A stretch of 64,000 nt of DNA from Xylographa opegraphella (lineage: Eukaryota). The notes beneath the pieces were generated by a model. It did no database searches, was not told the origin of the DNA, and saw nothing but the letters and a program-made list of their open reading frames with translations. Position 1 is the first letter of the stretch, and each line of letters starts with the position of its first letter. The translations under genes were made by a program, and so were the position numbers. Of this stretch, positions 1 to 12,228 are shown in pieces. The stretch is from NCBI GenBank assembly GCA_022813865.1, contig JALDZX010000054.1:1-64000 (forward strand). The letters are read 5' to 3'.

Positions 1-1103
1 TGGTGAAATGCTGGGGGGGTGTGCATTGGCATCGGGCCGTGCATTAACCCGGGAAAACTCCTAGAGTAACCGAGGGCCTCTTCACGCGACGGATGCCAAT
101 CAATGCATGCATGCATTGGAACGGCACGCTCAACATCCTGAGTCAACACCTTGATAACTGGCTTCGCATCATCGGACGCAAATTATAATGTACACAATTC
201 CTTATGCTTCCGAAGTTTATCAATGATAGCGTATACCGGTTTCTATCACGCCATCGCGACATCTCGCCCTCGGCCGAGTCGCATGGTGCAAGATTACCCG
301 ATTGACTTCGATAAGCTATTCGTCAGAGCGGCTATTATTGCATGGTTGGGGGAAAAAAAAGCGTTTGGTGTGGCTGAAAGTAATCTACCTACTCTAATGT
401 ACGTGACAAAGATAGCTCTGCTACCATCGAAGTTTGAAAATACGGAGTAGTATTTACTCTCGAAGCCCCGAGGTCACAATAACGGAGGCTGCTCCGCTAA
501 GTCACTCGGAATTGCACGATGATGCCGAGCGTTGCATAGATCACGGAGATAGGAAGTGCTGTATGCTGTATTTACTTGCAGGAGTGGAATGTACCTAGCT
601 GGTGATTTTGTTATGGTAGCAAACAATCAACAGCGCATGATCCACGGCCTTATCTTCAAGTGAGCAGACTCGGTCTCTCCAGTGATCGTATTTCTCGCTG
701 TACAATTAGCCACTCCACCAGACAGGCCGAAACACAAGATCAGGTTGCGAAAAGAAAGGAAGCGTCCGCTATCTAAACTACCTCACTACCTGGACACAGT
801 ACTGTTAGGAGGGTGTGGCCACACACTAAGGCTGAATCAGGACCTAGCACCGTAGGACCTAGGCGAAGCCGCTAACTCAGTCTCGACGATTGCCATCGAA
901 TACGTACGGTAACTACAGACTCCATGCCCGTATTGTCTCTCGATGCCAATGGATATGTTGGACACCGCTTGGCGGATGTAGTGGGTACATTGGCTTACGC
1001 TGTGGCGAAGTGTCCGCGCATTCCTCTCTGTATGCGGAACCACGACAGTGGTGCGTTGTCCACCTCAGCACACCCTACCCGGCGTCCGAACGGCACCTGA
1101 GCT

Positions 1104-4100
1104 ATGGAGTACGAGGATGGAGGTTACTCTCGCTCAGACTACGAAACTACTGACGCGACTGGAGAGTCAAATCACGTTCCACCGTTGCTCGCCTACCCAA
1201 GCTCGACACATCACCAGAGACGGCCTTTCGTGAATACAAGCTTTCCTTATTTGCACCCCGAAACCAGACCGAACGGCTTCAGCAGTGAATCGCCGAGCAG
1301 CGCAAGTCACATCGACCCTCATGACTATTACAGACGGCGGGACACTCACAAAAGAGATTCGCGGCAATCTTATGTGCCCGCCGGCGGCATGGGTAATAAT
1401 GGAGACGGGGGTGTTGTTACTGCGCGGTCGGCGCACAGGACCTCAATAACATATTCGTCCCCATTGGTTTCGAGTTTCAACCATCGATCAGACGCACCAT
1501 CACCGATATCAGGCAGAATAGCGAATTCGCCGCTGAATCCTCCGGTTGGGAGTACGACTCGAACCCGCAAGAGCTCTTTGCAGGACCGTATTAACAAGTT
1601 TGAGAAAAACCGCGACGAGATACCTCCTTTACCTGTCAAACAAGGGATACGGACAATGTCCACAACAAGTTCTGTGAACACAAATGGTGCAAAACCGTTC
1701 CGTGCAAGAACGCCGACAGACAAGATCTTGTCAACCTACGAGCCAAACGGCAGAAGCTCCCTATCTGGTAGCGAGCAGGGTAGTAACTCCCCACTCTCGC
1801 CACGCCGAAGAAGAGCGATGGCTGAAAATTCTCCATCGACGCATATCGTTACAAGAACTCCTAAAATCCGCCGAAATCCTCCCACGTACACGAACAACAC
1901 GTATGCTTCTCAATCCATGACAGACCTGAGCCCAGCAAGGTCGAACCGTGTTTCGAGGCCATTGTTTGGCGAGATTCTCCCGATCACGTCGCCGTCACAC
2001 GTAGCAGGCTACGGTATTCTTTCTTCGCGACACAGAAGAGGCTCCGAGGGAAGCATGCACACACCAAACCCAATGTTCGCTGAGGACCAAACGCATACGC
2101 CCTCCGGAATATCGCCTTCATCTCCCACAGATTGGTCCCGTAACCAGAAACCAACACTGGAAGGAATAGATCTGGACAAACCTGTTCCTGCTCGGCCGCC
2201 TGGTATGCATCGCCGATCTAGGAGCGACTTCTCTAGTAGCTATCCCAGAATACCACTCTCAAGTTCCGGGAAGAAAGACTTGGCAATCTTGTCACCTACG
2301 GAGGAAGTGATAACGCCATTTGTTTCGCCTATTGTACCTAAACGGCACTCACAATCACGTATTCCTGTTAGCAATCATCGTTTAAGTGTGACATCGGACT
2401 CTGGCAACTCTTCCTCTTCCATAGCTCCCTCAGCCTCGAGTCAGTATGCTGGCTATGGGAGACAACCTATCAGAGCTTCCAACGTACTACCAATCTCAAA
2501 TTCGGGCCCCAAGTCTGCAAGTCCGGACTCGCACAAAACTCCGAGCCCGTCACGGCGGACGCCGACACGTCGAAATTTGAGCCCTTTGAGGCAAAGTCAC
2601 GGAACCAGTCCGCGACTGGCAGCATACATATCTGAAGCGCAGCCATTGAAATCTCCGCCACTTCGAGCTTCCCGAACCCGACAGTCAGTAGCAACTGCTA
2701 CGACCTTGGCATCGCGGGCTCGTGCTGTCGATCGTCCAGCCAGTTCAAACCGTCCAAGTACCGGCGCAACTCGTGATAGATCCTCCAGAACCCTACCAGA
2801 TTCAGCTGGCGTTGATATCGAGACAAGGCGGCAGCTGATTTTAGGCGGTTACTCAAAAAGTATTAGGGAGAAAAGGGACAGAGAGGCGATGGACGCGGAA
2901 CGAAAGCGCAGCTCCATGTTGTATGAAGCAAAAATGCAAGCTGCTGCGCTCAATTCTTCAAGCTCGATTCCAGAAGGCTCGATTCCAGAAGGCTCGATTC
3001 CAGAAGGCTCGATTCCAGAAGGCTCGACCGAATTATCAATTGATACTTCTCATATCATTGATCGATCAATATTGAACCTGAGTCAGGAGGACTCGCCCAC
3101 TCTTGGTACAGCAAGTAGGTTTTTAGGTCCGACTCCACCTTCAGAGTCGGAACCTGACCCAGAACCATCCTCAGCTGTCACCGCCGGAACCACAGAAACT
3201 TTTTTTGACAACGATCCTCAAGAAGGGGACCCGCGGTTCTTAAATGAGCACAGGACACTTTTGGATTCCGTACGTAATCTGCGCGAACCGAGCCCAAATG
3301 ACTCTGATATGACGGGCCCTCTCAGTAGCAGGCATCTTCCGCAACTCGAAGGTGCCTTATCCGATAGAGAAGACGAGGGATCTATTGAAATCATGCTTGG
3401 TGTAACGCCGGTAATGGAGTCCGCGACATCAGAGACTCACCAATTACCAGCACCGACCTTTGACACCCATGCAGAAACAGCGCTAGACCGCTGGAGCGCA
3501 GATTCGTGGACATCAGATCGTACAAACTCGCAGATCGTAGATGAAAATCGATCGGAAGGACCAACTCACGTGTCTCTGGCTACGACGATTAGTGGCTACA
3601 ATACGATGCCTTGGTCTCCGGAATCAGCAAACTCGATATTGTCAGGTCGAACTACGATGGATAGTGAATCCTACAATCCAATCAATCGATTGCTCGATTC
3701 ATACCACGACCCTATGAGTCCTGAAGATATCCGTGACTTTGAGCAGCGAATGAAACAGTCTCCAAACCTGGCTCGAGCGGGAGGTTGGGACCCGCAAAAA
3801 GTAACCCAGCTCTATCTGCTAAGCCTCGGACGAAGTCCTTACAATCAAACAAGTCAAGTCCCGGAGCCTTTGCGATTCATGACAAAGTCAGCCGCAGAGC
3901 AATCTATGAATTCTGTTCTGGCTGAAACTCCTCAAGAGTCTTTCGAGGCTCAAGTAGAGGAGACTGTACAAGATAACGATCGACAATATGAAGAGTCGCA
4001 AAACGAAGTCGATGAAGAAGTTATTGTACCACAAACTCGTGAAAGTCTTGAAGTGAAGGAGATGCTCAATCCGCAGAGGGCGAGTCTCAATCAGCCGGAC

Positions 4101-7100
4101 GACTGGGCCAATACGTCACCCTCAATGCTCGACTGGATTCATCATCAAGCTCTAGACACTCCAATAGATGAAAAGCCGTTGCCAGTTCCAAAGAGCTGGA
4201 CCGGAGAAGCTCTTGACCTGGCTGGAAAATCACAGGATCAACGTTCGCGACCCTTCGAAAGATCGGTCGAAGGGCATCCTCAACTGCCTGAGATCCGCAG
4301 AAGTGAGAGTGGCTTAGGAATAAATATCAACATTGAGTCACCTCATGAACCAAAATCCCCAGTGACGCCTTATATCCTTAGGTCTAACGAGCCATCATCA
4401 CTACCTTCCAGTGAAGAAAAGCATCACCGTATCCATCCACCTGTTTCTGGAAACCCGTCGCCACCTACTCCAAAGATATATAACAAGTATCAGACATCAA
4501 ACATCAGTACGACGAGCGCTCCTGACATTGGATATGTGCGAAAGGGTATGCATGATACGTCATACAAAACAGAGCCAATAAACCAGACAGCATCGGCGTC
4601 GGCGTCGACATCGCGTTCTTTAGAAAGGCCATCTTATGATGGACCTTCGGTATCATCAGATCCAGCTGCGAGGTCGATTTCTCCTTCCCCTCATCCGGAT
4701 CAGAAGCGTTTGACTAGGCGACGACACATTCTGAAAGAGCTTATCGATACTGAGTACTCCTATGGTCAAGACATGACGGTAGTCAACGATATCTACAAAG
4801 GCACCTCTCAAATCATCACGAACCCAGACGATGTGAAGACACTTTTTGGCAATTCCGATCAGATCGTAGAATTTTCCACTATGTTCCTTGACGCACTTAA
4901 GCAAGGAGGAAAAAGTGTTTACGTTCTTCCCAAAGCAAAGCGCTGGAGAAGCAAACGCGATAGTGAGGTAACGTCGGCTTCCGGGACTACTACTGACGAT
5001 CAATCCTCGATTTCTGGAATGGACTTGAGCGACAGCGAGAAAGATCGCAAGACTTTCATCGGAAGCGTATTCCACATGCACATGTCTCAGATGGAAAAGG
5101 TATACGGAGATTACCTTCGTAATCATGATGCTGCCAACCAGACTCTACAGCGACTACTCAAAATACCAGAAATTAGACTCTGGTTGACCGAGTGCACCAC
5201 ATGGGCTCATGATCTTACCACTGCCTGGGATCTTGATTCTTTACTCGTCAAGCCAGTTCAGCGGATCCTGAAGTATCCGTTACTACTCAAGGAGTTGGTG
5301 GAGGTTACGCCTGAGAATCACCCGGACTTTAATATGCTGGATACTGTGGCGCGAGAAATGGTAGGTGTCTCGAAAAGAATCAACGATATGAAGAAGCGTG
5401 CCGATCTCGTAGGACAAGTTGCAGGTACCAGTAAAAAGCGCAAGGACTTTGAGGGTCGCGTCGGCCTGAAAGCATTCACTCGTAGAACCGAGAAATTCAA
5501 GCAGCAAGTTGGACTATCAGACAACGTTCAAGATGAAGCTTACGATCATGTCGCTGAGAAGTTCGGCATGCATTTTTTCCAAGTTCAGGTTGTCATGCGA
5601 GACATTGAGATGTATACTAATGATGTTCAAACTTATGTGAGCCGATTCAACGACTTTCTTCTCGCCATCGAGGCGCACATGGATGTTGCTCAATCGACGT
5701 ATCATGAGGTCGAAAGTAAGTGGCGAAAGTTCCGGATGTCTATGAGAGAAGTTCAGACAACCGCTCTTCCTGAGCACGTAAGTTCGGAATGACACCCTCC
5801 ATGGTCCGTCGCTCACATTTCTTTAGATTGCTGCTATCCGTGAGCTTGTGGTACGGCCTATGTCGCTTTTACTCCTTGAGTATAACAAGCCTCAAATTCT
5901 GATGGAGAGACGCAAAAAGCGTGTACTTGACTATGCCAAGTTCAAAACGATGAAGGAACGAGGTGACAAGGTAGACAGAAAAACCTCCGAGGCGGCTGAT
6001 CTATTTACTGCTGTCAATGACGCATTGAAGGATGAACTTCCCAAGTTTTTTGCCTTGACTGGAAAATTGGTTCGCTCTTGCTTGGAGAATTTCGTTCAGT
6101 TGCAGATGCAATGGCAAGTAGTCTGGAAGAAGAAATTAGGCCAAGCTCTCGAAGACCCTGAACCACACCTGAGTGACCAGACAATGGACCAGTATATGAG
6201 CGGCTTCCGGGGAGATTTTGAGATTGTCGAATCACAGGTTCTAACGTTGGGTATTTGCAACGGCTCTGTTCTTGCCGAGGCCGCGAACTTGATAAATTTT
6301 CTCACGCCAATGACCAGCCTCGGTGGCGATGGTACTTCTTCACCAAGAAGACCATCAATCAATACCAATGACTCGCGTACGCGTGGCTACTCGGCAAGCA
6401 CTAATGTCTCGCCAATGCTACCACAACAGGGCTTTGGAGATCGACCGAACGAGGGATATGTACCGGCCTCGTATCTTAGCACGAATGGAATTTACCAACC
6501 TGGGACAGATCGTCGTGTTCGCGCTGGATCAAATGCTTCCGGCCGAAGTCCAGTAGCGCCAGACCTGCAAGGAAACTGGCGGGCGTACTCGAACAGTACC
6601 ACTCCTGTAAACTCTCACCATAACCGTCCTTCGACCTCCACCAGCCGCACCGCCGACCCATCATCGCTTCCGAGGGGCAGTGTCGACTCTATTGGCTACA
6701 ATCGTTACAGCGGAGATTCTCACGGTGCCTATCGCCCTTCGTCGAGTTCCAACTACCACGTAGGCTCAAGAGGTCCCCAGGGTCGTGCATCTTCCCCTTC
6801 TGATAGACAGTCGTCCATCTTCAACTCGGCCATGCCCATGTCAGACTCGCCGCCCCAGCAGTCTCCTGTTGGTGCACATCACGATGAGAAGCAACCCAAC
6901 GTACTCTTCTTGGCAGCCAGTGTCTACGAGTTCAATATTGACCGAGCTAGACGGGAGGCAGGATATCCGTATTTGACCTACGTCGCCGGCGAGGTAAACT
7001 GTCCAACCCGTACCCAAAAAGCAGTATGCTGACTTTGTGCTGACAGATATTTGATGTCGTCGCTGAGAAAGGCGAGCTCTGGCTAGCCAAAAATCAGGAC

Positions 7101-7160
7101 GACGCGTCTAACACCCTGGGCTGGATATGGAACAAGCACTTCGCCAAGCTTGCCTCGTGA
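1104..7160 (+). CDS. Rho guanine nucleotide exchange factor with DH (RhoGEF), BAR-like and C-terminal SH3 domains (dynamin-binding protein/Tuba-like); exons 1104-5777, 5827-6993, 7047-7160
   Basis: DH motifs RRHILKELIDTEYSY and LDSLLVKPVQRILKYPLLLKEL, followed by a helical BAR-like region and SH3-like LAASVYEFNIDRARREAGYPYLTYVAGE/IFDVVAEKGELWLAKNQ..GWIWNKHF. GT-AG introns 5778-5826 and 6994-7046 restore the frame. Long low-complexity Ser/Pro-rich N-terminus. Confidence 0.85.
2962..3027 (+). repeat. Perfect 15-bp coding tandem repeat (gctcgattccagaag) x4.4, encoding (SIPEG)n
   Basis: Directly visible in the DNA and in the translation SIPEGSIPEGSIPEGSIPEGS. Confidence 0.95.
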
Positions 7161-8365
7161 TCGATGTGTTATTGTGCTCGTCTTTTTGAGCACTCCAATT
7201 CAGAGTGCCGACCCCAATGCTACTCTCGATAAATCATCTTGGATACGTTTTACTCAATACGAATTACGATCTCTCCGAGGCTCCGTCTCCCCCCCGCTGC
7301 AGCTTCGTGCAAGCTCAGCTAGGAGGAAGTCTCTTACACGCTCTATCAACTCGGACTCGTTTCGGCATGGTTTCGTGCCTCCCACATGGCTGGAATTCCG
7401 GCGTCACTTCTTTTAGCGGCAATGTACAATTACGCACGTCTACCTTGACTCGCCATTTGGAGCGACTTCTCTCTTGGGTATGTCTCGCCACGTCTTCACG
7501 TTATGTACGACAGTATCTGGGTATTCCACTTTCCCTTGTCTTTACTGTGCACGGCGATCACGGTTGCTCCATGGACTGGAGAGAACGCATGCACGCATTG
7601 TGATAAATGGATGGATGTGCAATATGTGCAATACCGGCGTGTTTGGAAATATACCCCCGGCAGATCGCGGCGCCGGTGTGCGCTGCTTTCCCTTAATGAA
7701 GGTAGACTTTACTTCCGTGCTGCGGATTTCTGAGCGAACGGACCCATAGAGGGAGCTTTGGGCAGTGAATCCAATGATTCACGTCGTCGTCAATCTGTGC
7801 TCTGATGTGTGAATTGTGATCCGCAGTGCTTCGAGCTTCAAGTTTCAAGCGTTCTTGTCCCCAAGACCTTTGGAGTTGGTGGCTGGTGGCTTCGAGTGCA
7901 CAAACACCGTAAAGCATCTACTCAGTAGTACAAGTAGTGCCGAGGTGCCAGCAAGTAGTCGTAGCCTCGCAGTCAAGTAGATATGGAATGACTCTGCTCA
8001 ATTCCAGCTCGGTTTGTTTAGTGAGGTTGTGCCTGAGTCATACTCTATGAGGCGGGATGACTCGTCGGCCGGAGTTTTTGCCCGCTCCGGATTCTAGAAT
8101 GTCATCACATATATTACCGATGAGAGTAAACAAGTTCGAATTGTTTGCCACTTTCTACTCACTTCTCACCAATTTTCAACGTTCGAATGCTCCAAGTTTA
8201 CGAGGGCATTTTTCTTACTCCTTGTCCTTTGCCCTACCGGGCTATTTCAAGCTTGTCTTCAATTCATTTTTGCCACTTCTTGCAATAAAGCCAAAGTGAC
8301 CGCAAAGCATCACGCATAGAAGAGCCACTTTGCGCTCGAATACCTCTAAATACAGAGGAGCAATC

Positions 8366-11300
8366 ATGACGACTGCCGACTCTGCGTCTGTTCCCAATAC
8401 CCAAGGATCAGAGACTCCCCAGCAGCGGCCAAGGCAGCGGTGGAGGGGACCAAGAGGGGGGATGAGGAAACCGCCAGCCGCTCACGGTACACCACCAGGA
8501 GGAGATTTGGCAAACGGTGCAAGCTTGAGCGCTGCATTGGCGTTAAGGCCCGCCTCCATTGCCCCACATTCGCAGCCGTCATCCAGGGAGCCTTCTGATG
8601 CAGAGCATTCGGCACCAGAAAAAAGCTCTCCGAGAAGGACGAACAATCTGAGAGGACGAGGTGAAGGTAGCCGGAATCGTGGTGGCGCTCATCTGATAAA
8701 CCATGGTTCGGGTAGACAATTCGGTGGGATGTTAACGGGCGCGACTCCCACTCAAACGTCCTTGCTGCAACCTGACGCCCCAGAATTCATGCCAGGCCGG
8801 ACACATCAGTCACGACCGTTACAGACACGAAAGGGGATTCCGAATTCAGGCCTGTCACAGCGATCCTCGGGACCGAATCATCCTCGCAATCGGCGAGGTT
8901 CAATCGCCAAGTCCAATGCTCCAGATATCGCCACTCGCACTCACGAAGATATCGCACATGGAGTCTATGAATGTCCTATCTGCACAAGTGAGGTGGGTAG
9001 GAGCTCAAAAGTCTGGTCTTGCAAGACATGCTGGACCGTGTTTCATCTTACTTGCATTAAGAAATGGTCGCAGAATGAAGGGTCCACTCTACAGCAACTA
9101 CCCAATGGTGATGTGCCACCACCACGACAATGGAGGTGCCCTGGGTGTAATTTACCCAAGGAGCTCTTGCCTACTACATATCTTTGTTGGTGCGAGAAGG
9201 AGGTTGATCCTCGACCAATATCGGGTCTTCCGCCTCATTCTTGCGGCCAAACATGCGGGAAACCTCGATCGCTACCCAAGAAATGTCCTCATCCATGCGA
9301 GCTGTTTTGCCACGCCGGTCCCTGTCCTCCGTGCACACATGCAGGGCCTGTCCAGAGTTGTTTCTGCGGTAAAAAGTCTACGTCCAGGAGATGCGTTGAT
9401 ACTGACTACGATACTGGGTGGAGTTGCGGCGAGGTATGCGGAGATCTTATGCCTTGTGGAGAGCACTATTGTGAACGGTCCTGTCATGAGGGCCTCTGCG
9501 GTGCTTGTGAAGTGCGGATAGATGGTTGTTGTTATTGCGGCAAGGTTTCGAAACCTGTGATATGCTGTGAGCGTGGCGACGAGAAAGAAAGCAGGGTGCT
9601 ACAGCATTCAGCTAACATCAATGCTTCGGATACAACTGGTGAAGATGAAGGTGTCAAAGAATGGACTGGTATCTTCGATTGTGGCAATTTGTGCGATAGG
9701 CCATTCGATTGTGGAAAGCACATTTGCGAAATGAATTGCCACCCTCAAGAGCTCAATCCCCCCCATTGTCCCCGGTCCCCAGATGTCGTTTCTTATTGCC
9801 CATGTGGTAAGACATCTCTCGAAAGCATTTCGGATAAGGTTAGGGAGCTTTGTGATGATCCCATTCCGAACTGTGAGAAGGAGTGCCTCAAGGCGCTTTC
9901 TTGTGGTCATCTTTGTCAGCAAATCTGCCATTCGGGTCAATGCTTGCCATGCTTGAAGACTGTGAGTATCAGTTGCAGATGTGGAAGAACTACCTGCTCA
10001 ACCATATGTCACCAAGGAATTGAGGAGCCACCACAATGTATGAGGATATGCAAGGTTACACTTAATTGTGGACGACATGAGTGTGGAGAGCACTGTTGCC
10101 CAGGAGAAAAACGAGCCGCTGAGAGACAGGCGTCTAAGCGAAAACTGCGGCCACTTGGTGTCGCTCCTCGGCTGGATGATGGCTTCGAAGCGGAGCACAT
10201 ATGTACACGGCTTTGCGGCCGGACTCTGAAGTGTGGGAGCCACTCTTGTCCAGAGCTTTGTCACAAAGGTCCTTGCGGAAGCTGCCGAGAGGCTATCTTC
10301 GATGAGATTAGTTGCCATTGTGGAAGGACGGTACTTCAACCGCCATTACCTTGTGGTAGTATACCACCTCCTTGCAGATTCGAATGTGAGCGCCCCAAGA
10401 ATTGCGGGCATCCACAGATCCCTCACAATTGTCATGGCGACCAAGAAACTTGCCCAAAATGCCCCTTCTTGGTTGAAAAGCCCTGCATGTGCGGAAAGAA
10501 AGCTCTGAAGAACCAGCCTTGCTGGCTAGCCGACGTTCGCTGCGGTGAAGTATGCAGAAGAAAGCTTCGATGTGGTTCCCACTACTGCCGGAAGCCATGC
10601 CACCGACCAGGGGAATGCGAGGATGCAGGGAAGTCTTGTCAGCAATTGTGTGGTAAAGCCAAGAAGTTGTGTGGGCACCCTTGTGATGAAATCTGTCATG
10701 CACCATCGTCGTGTAGGGAGGACAAGGCCTGCCAGAGTAAGATGCTGATCACTTGCGACTGCCAGCATCTGAAGCAGGAGGCCAAATGCAACGCCTCCAA
10801 GTCTAATGAGGGGAATAGCAAAAAAGCTCTCAAATGCGACGACGAATGCATCCGTCTGGAGCGCAACAGACGTCTCGCTTTAGCCCTCAATATCGACCCT
10901 GAAGCCCACAAAAACGACCACATACCCTACTCAGCGGCCACCCTCCAGATGTTTTCAGAAGCCACCAAATGGGCGCAGACGCAGGAACGCGAATTCCGCG
11001 TTTTTGCAGCAGATGATACGGAAAAGCGCCTCCGCTTCAAGCCTATGCCGCCTCATCATCGGGCCTTCCTGCATTCTCTTGCGGAAGATTTCGGTTTCGA
11101 CAGCGAAAGTATAGACCCCGAGCCCCATCGACACATACTGGTCCTCAAGACTCCTCGATTTGTCATGGCTCCGATGAAAACACTGGCTGAGTGCGTGCGC
11201 ATACGTACCCAGGAAGCTGCAGCATCGACCCCTTCCGAAACGGGTCCGCGGCGCCTCCAAGCGAACAATATGCCGTTCAACGGCTTTCTCCTCGCTGGCC

Positions 11301-12088
11301 CGAGGTTCGGGCTCACACTGGACGAGCTACGTGCCGACTTGATCGACGTACTGAGTTCCGTCCCAACTCTATTGTTTGATATATCATTCCTGCCGAGCGA
11401 AGAAATCGTGCTTAAAGCCCGGTCTTCTACGGGTAACATCTCCACTGCCGCCCTCGACAGCGCGCTCCGTGCTCTCAAACCCACTCTCGCCTCCACTACG
11501 GCCACCAAGGCTCTCGCATCAGCCGTCCACCTATGCTCACTCGACAACTCGCTTAACATCCTACGACAGGAGCGCGACGCCGCCTCCGCCGACGGGTGGA
11601 GCCAGGTCGCAGCGAAGGCAGCGGTAGGTGCCCGAGCCGCCCCAGTGAAACCCACCATAGGCAATAAAAGCAGCTTCACGGTGCTGGGAAGTCAGGTGAA
11701 AGCGGCACGGAAGAAGAAAGCGGAGAAAGACAAGGAGGAGAGCGTGGTGGAGGACTGGGAAGAAGAGATGCGGCGTGAAGAAGAGAAAGGAGTGGTGGAC
11801 AGACCGGTACAGGAAGAGATGATCATAGCCGACGAAGGCGTGACGGCTGCAGATCGATTGCGCGTTCCAGCCTCTGAGGGTGCAGAATCCGAGGGTGCGG
11901 AGGCGCATAGCGGCGCTGCGGCGGACGAGCATACGAAAGAGATGACGCCTTCTTCTGAATTAGCAAGCGTGGGTGCTGAGGCCTTGGGTGAAGCTGCGGT
12001 ACTTGACTCTGCGAACGATGCCAAATCTTCCCTGGCCGAGCATGAGGCGCCTGAGGCTGCCGGTGCAGTGGATGGGGTTGTTACTTAG
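8366..12088 (+). CDS. FAP1: NFX1-type zinc-finger protein with RING/PHD-like finger and R3H domain (FAP1/NFX1 homologue), intronless
   Basis: YECPICTSEV..WSCKTCWTVFHLTCIKKW finger, many CGxHxCxxxCHxGxC NF-X1 repeats, and R3H motif FKPMPPHHRAFLHSLAEDFGF. First ATG is at 8366 (the ORF track starts at a TTG). Confidence 0.92.
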   Translation: MTTADSASVPNTQGSETPQQRPRQRWRGPRGGMRKPPAAHGTPPGGDLANGASLSAALALRPASIAPHSQPSSREPSDAEHSAPEKSSPRRTNNLRGRGEGSRNRGGAHLINHGSGRQFGGMLTGATPTQTSLLQPDAPEFMPGRTHQSRPLQTRKGIPNSGLSQRSSGPNHPRNRRGSIAKSNAPDIATRTHEDIAHGVYECPICTSEVGRSSKVWSCKTCWTVFHLTCIKKWSQNEGSTLQQLPNGDVPPPRQWRCPGCNLPKELLPTTYLCWCEKEVDPRPISGLPPHSCGQTCGKPRSLPKKCPHPCELFCHAGPCPPCTHAGPVQSCFCGKKSTSRRCVDTDYDTGWSCGEVCGDLMPCGEHYCERSCHEGLCGACEVRIDGCCYCGKVSKPVICCERGDEKESRVLQHSANINASDTTGEDEGVKEWTGIFDCGNLCDRPFDCGKHICEMNCHPQELNPPHCPRSPDVVSYCPCGKTSLESISDKVRELCDDPIPNCEKECLKALSCGHLCQQICHSGQCLPCLKTVSISCRCGRTTCSTICHQGIEEPPQCMRICKVTLNCGRHECGEHCCPGEKRAAERQASKRKLRPLGVAPRLDDGFEAEHICTRLCGRTLKCGSHSCPELCHKGPCGSCREAIFDEISCHCGRTVLQPPLPCGSIPPPCRFECERPKNCGHPQIPHNCHGDQETCPKCPFLVEKPCMCGKKALKNQPCWLADVRCGEVCRRKLRCGSHYCRKPCHRPGECEDAGKSCQQLCGKAKKLCGHPCDEICHAPSSCREDKACQSKMLITCDCQHLKQEAKCNASKSNEGNSKKALKCDDECIRLERNRRLALALNIDPEAHKNDHIPYSAATLQMFSEATKWAQTQEREFRVFAADDTEKRLRFKPMPPHHRAFLHSLAEDFGFDSESIDPEPHRHILVLKTPRFVMAPMKTLAECVRIRTQEAAASTPSETGPRRLQANNMPFNGFLLAGPRFGLTLDELRADLIDVLSSVPTLLFDISFLPSEEIVLKARSSTGNISTAALDSALRALKPTLASTTATKALASAVHLCSLDNSLNILRQERDAASADGWSQVAAKAAVGARAAPVKPTIGNKSSFTVLGSQVKAARKKKAEKDKEESVVEDWEEEMRREEEKGVVDRPVQEEMIIADEGVTAADRLRVPASEGAESEGAEAHSGAAADEHTKEMTPSSELASVGAEALGEAAVLDSANDAKSSLAEHEAPEAAGAVDGVVT

Positions 12089-12228
12089 GAGAGAATTGCC
12101 GAGCCTTCCAGCATGGGTTGTGATTAGGCACTCTAGCATATAGTTGTGCAAGTTAGATAGTTTGTATTCAACCTACATGTCGGCCGCATCGGTCTCGAAA
12201 ACATGGCAGCGAGAATTTTGCACATTAA

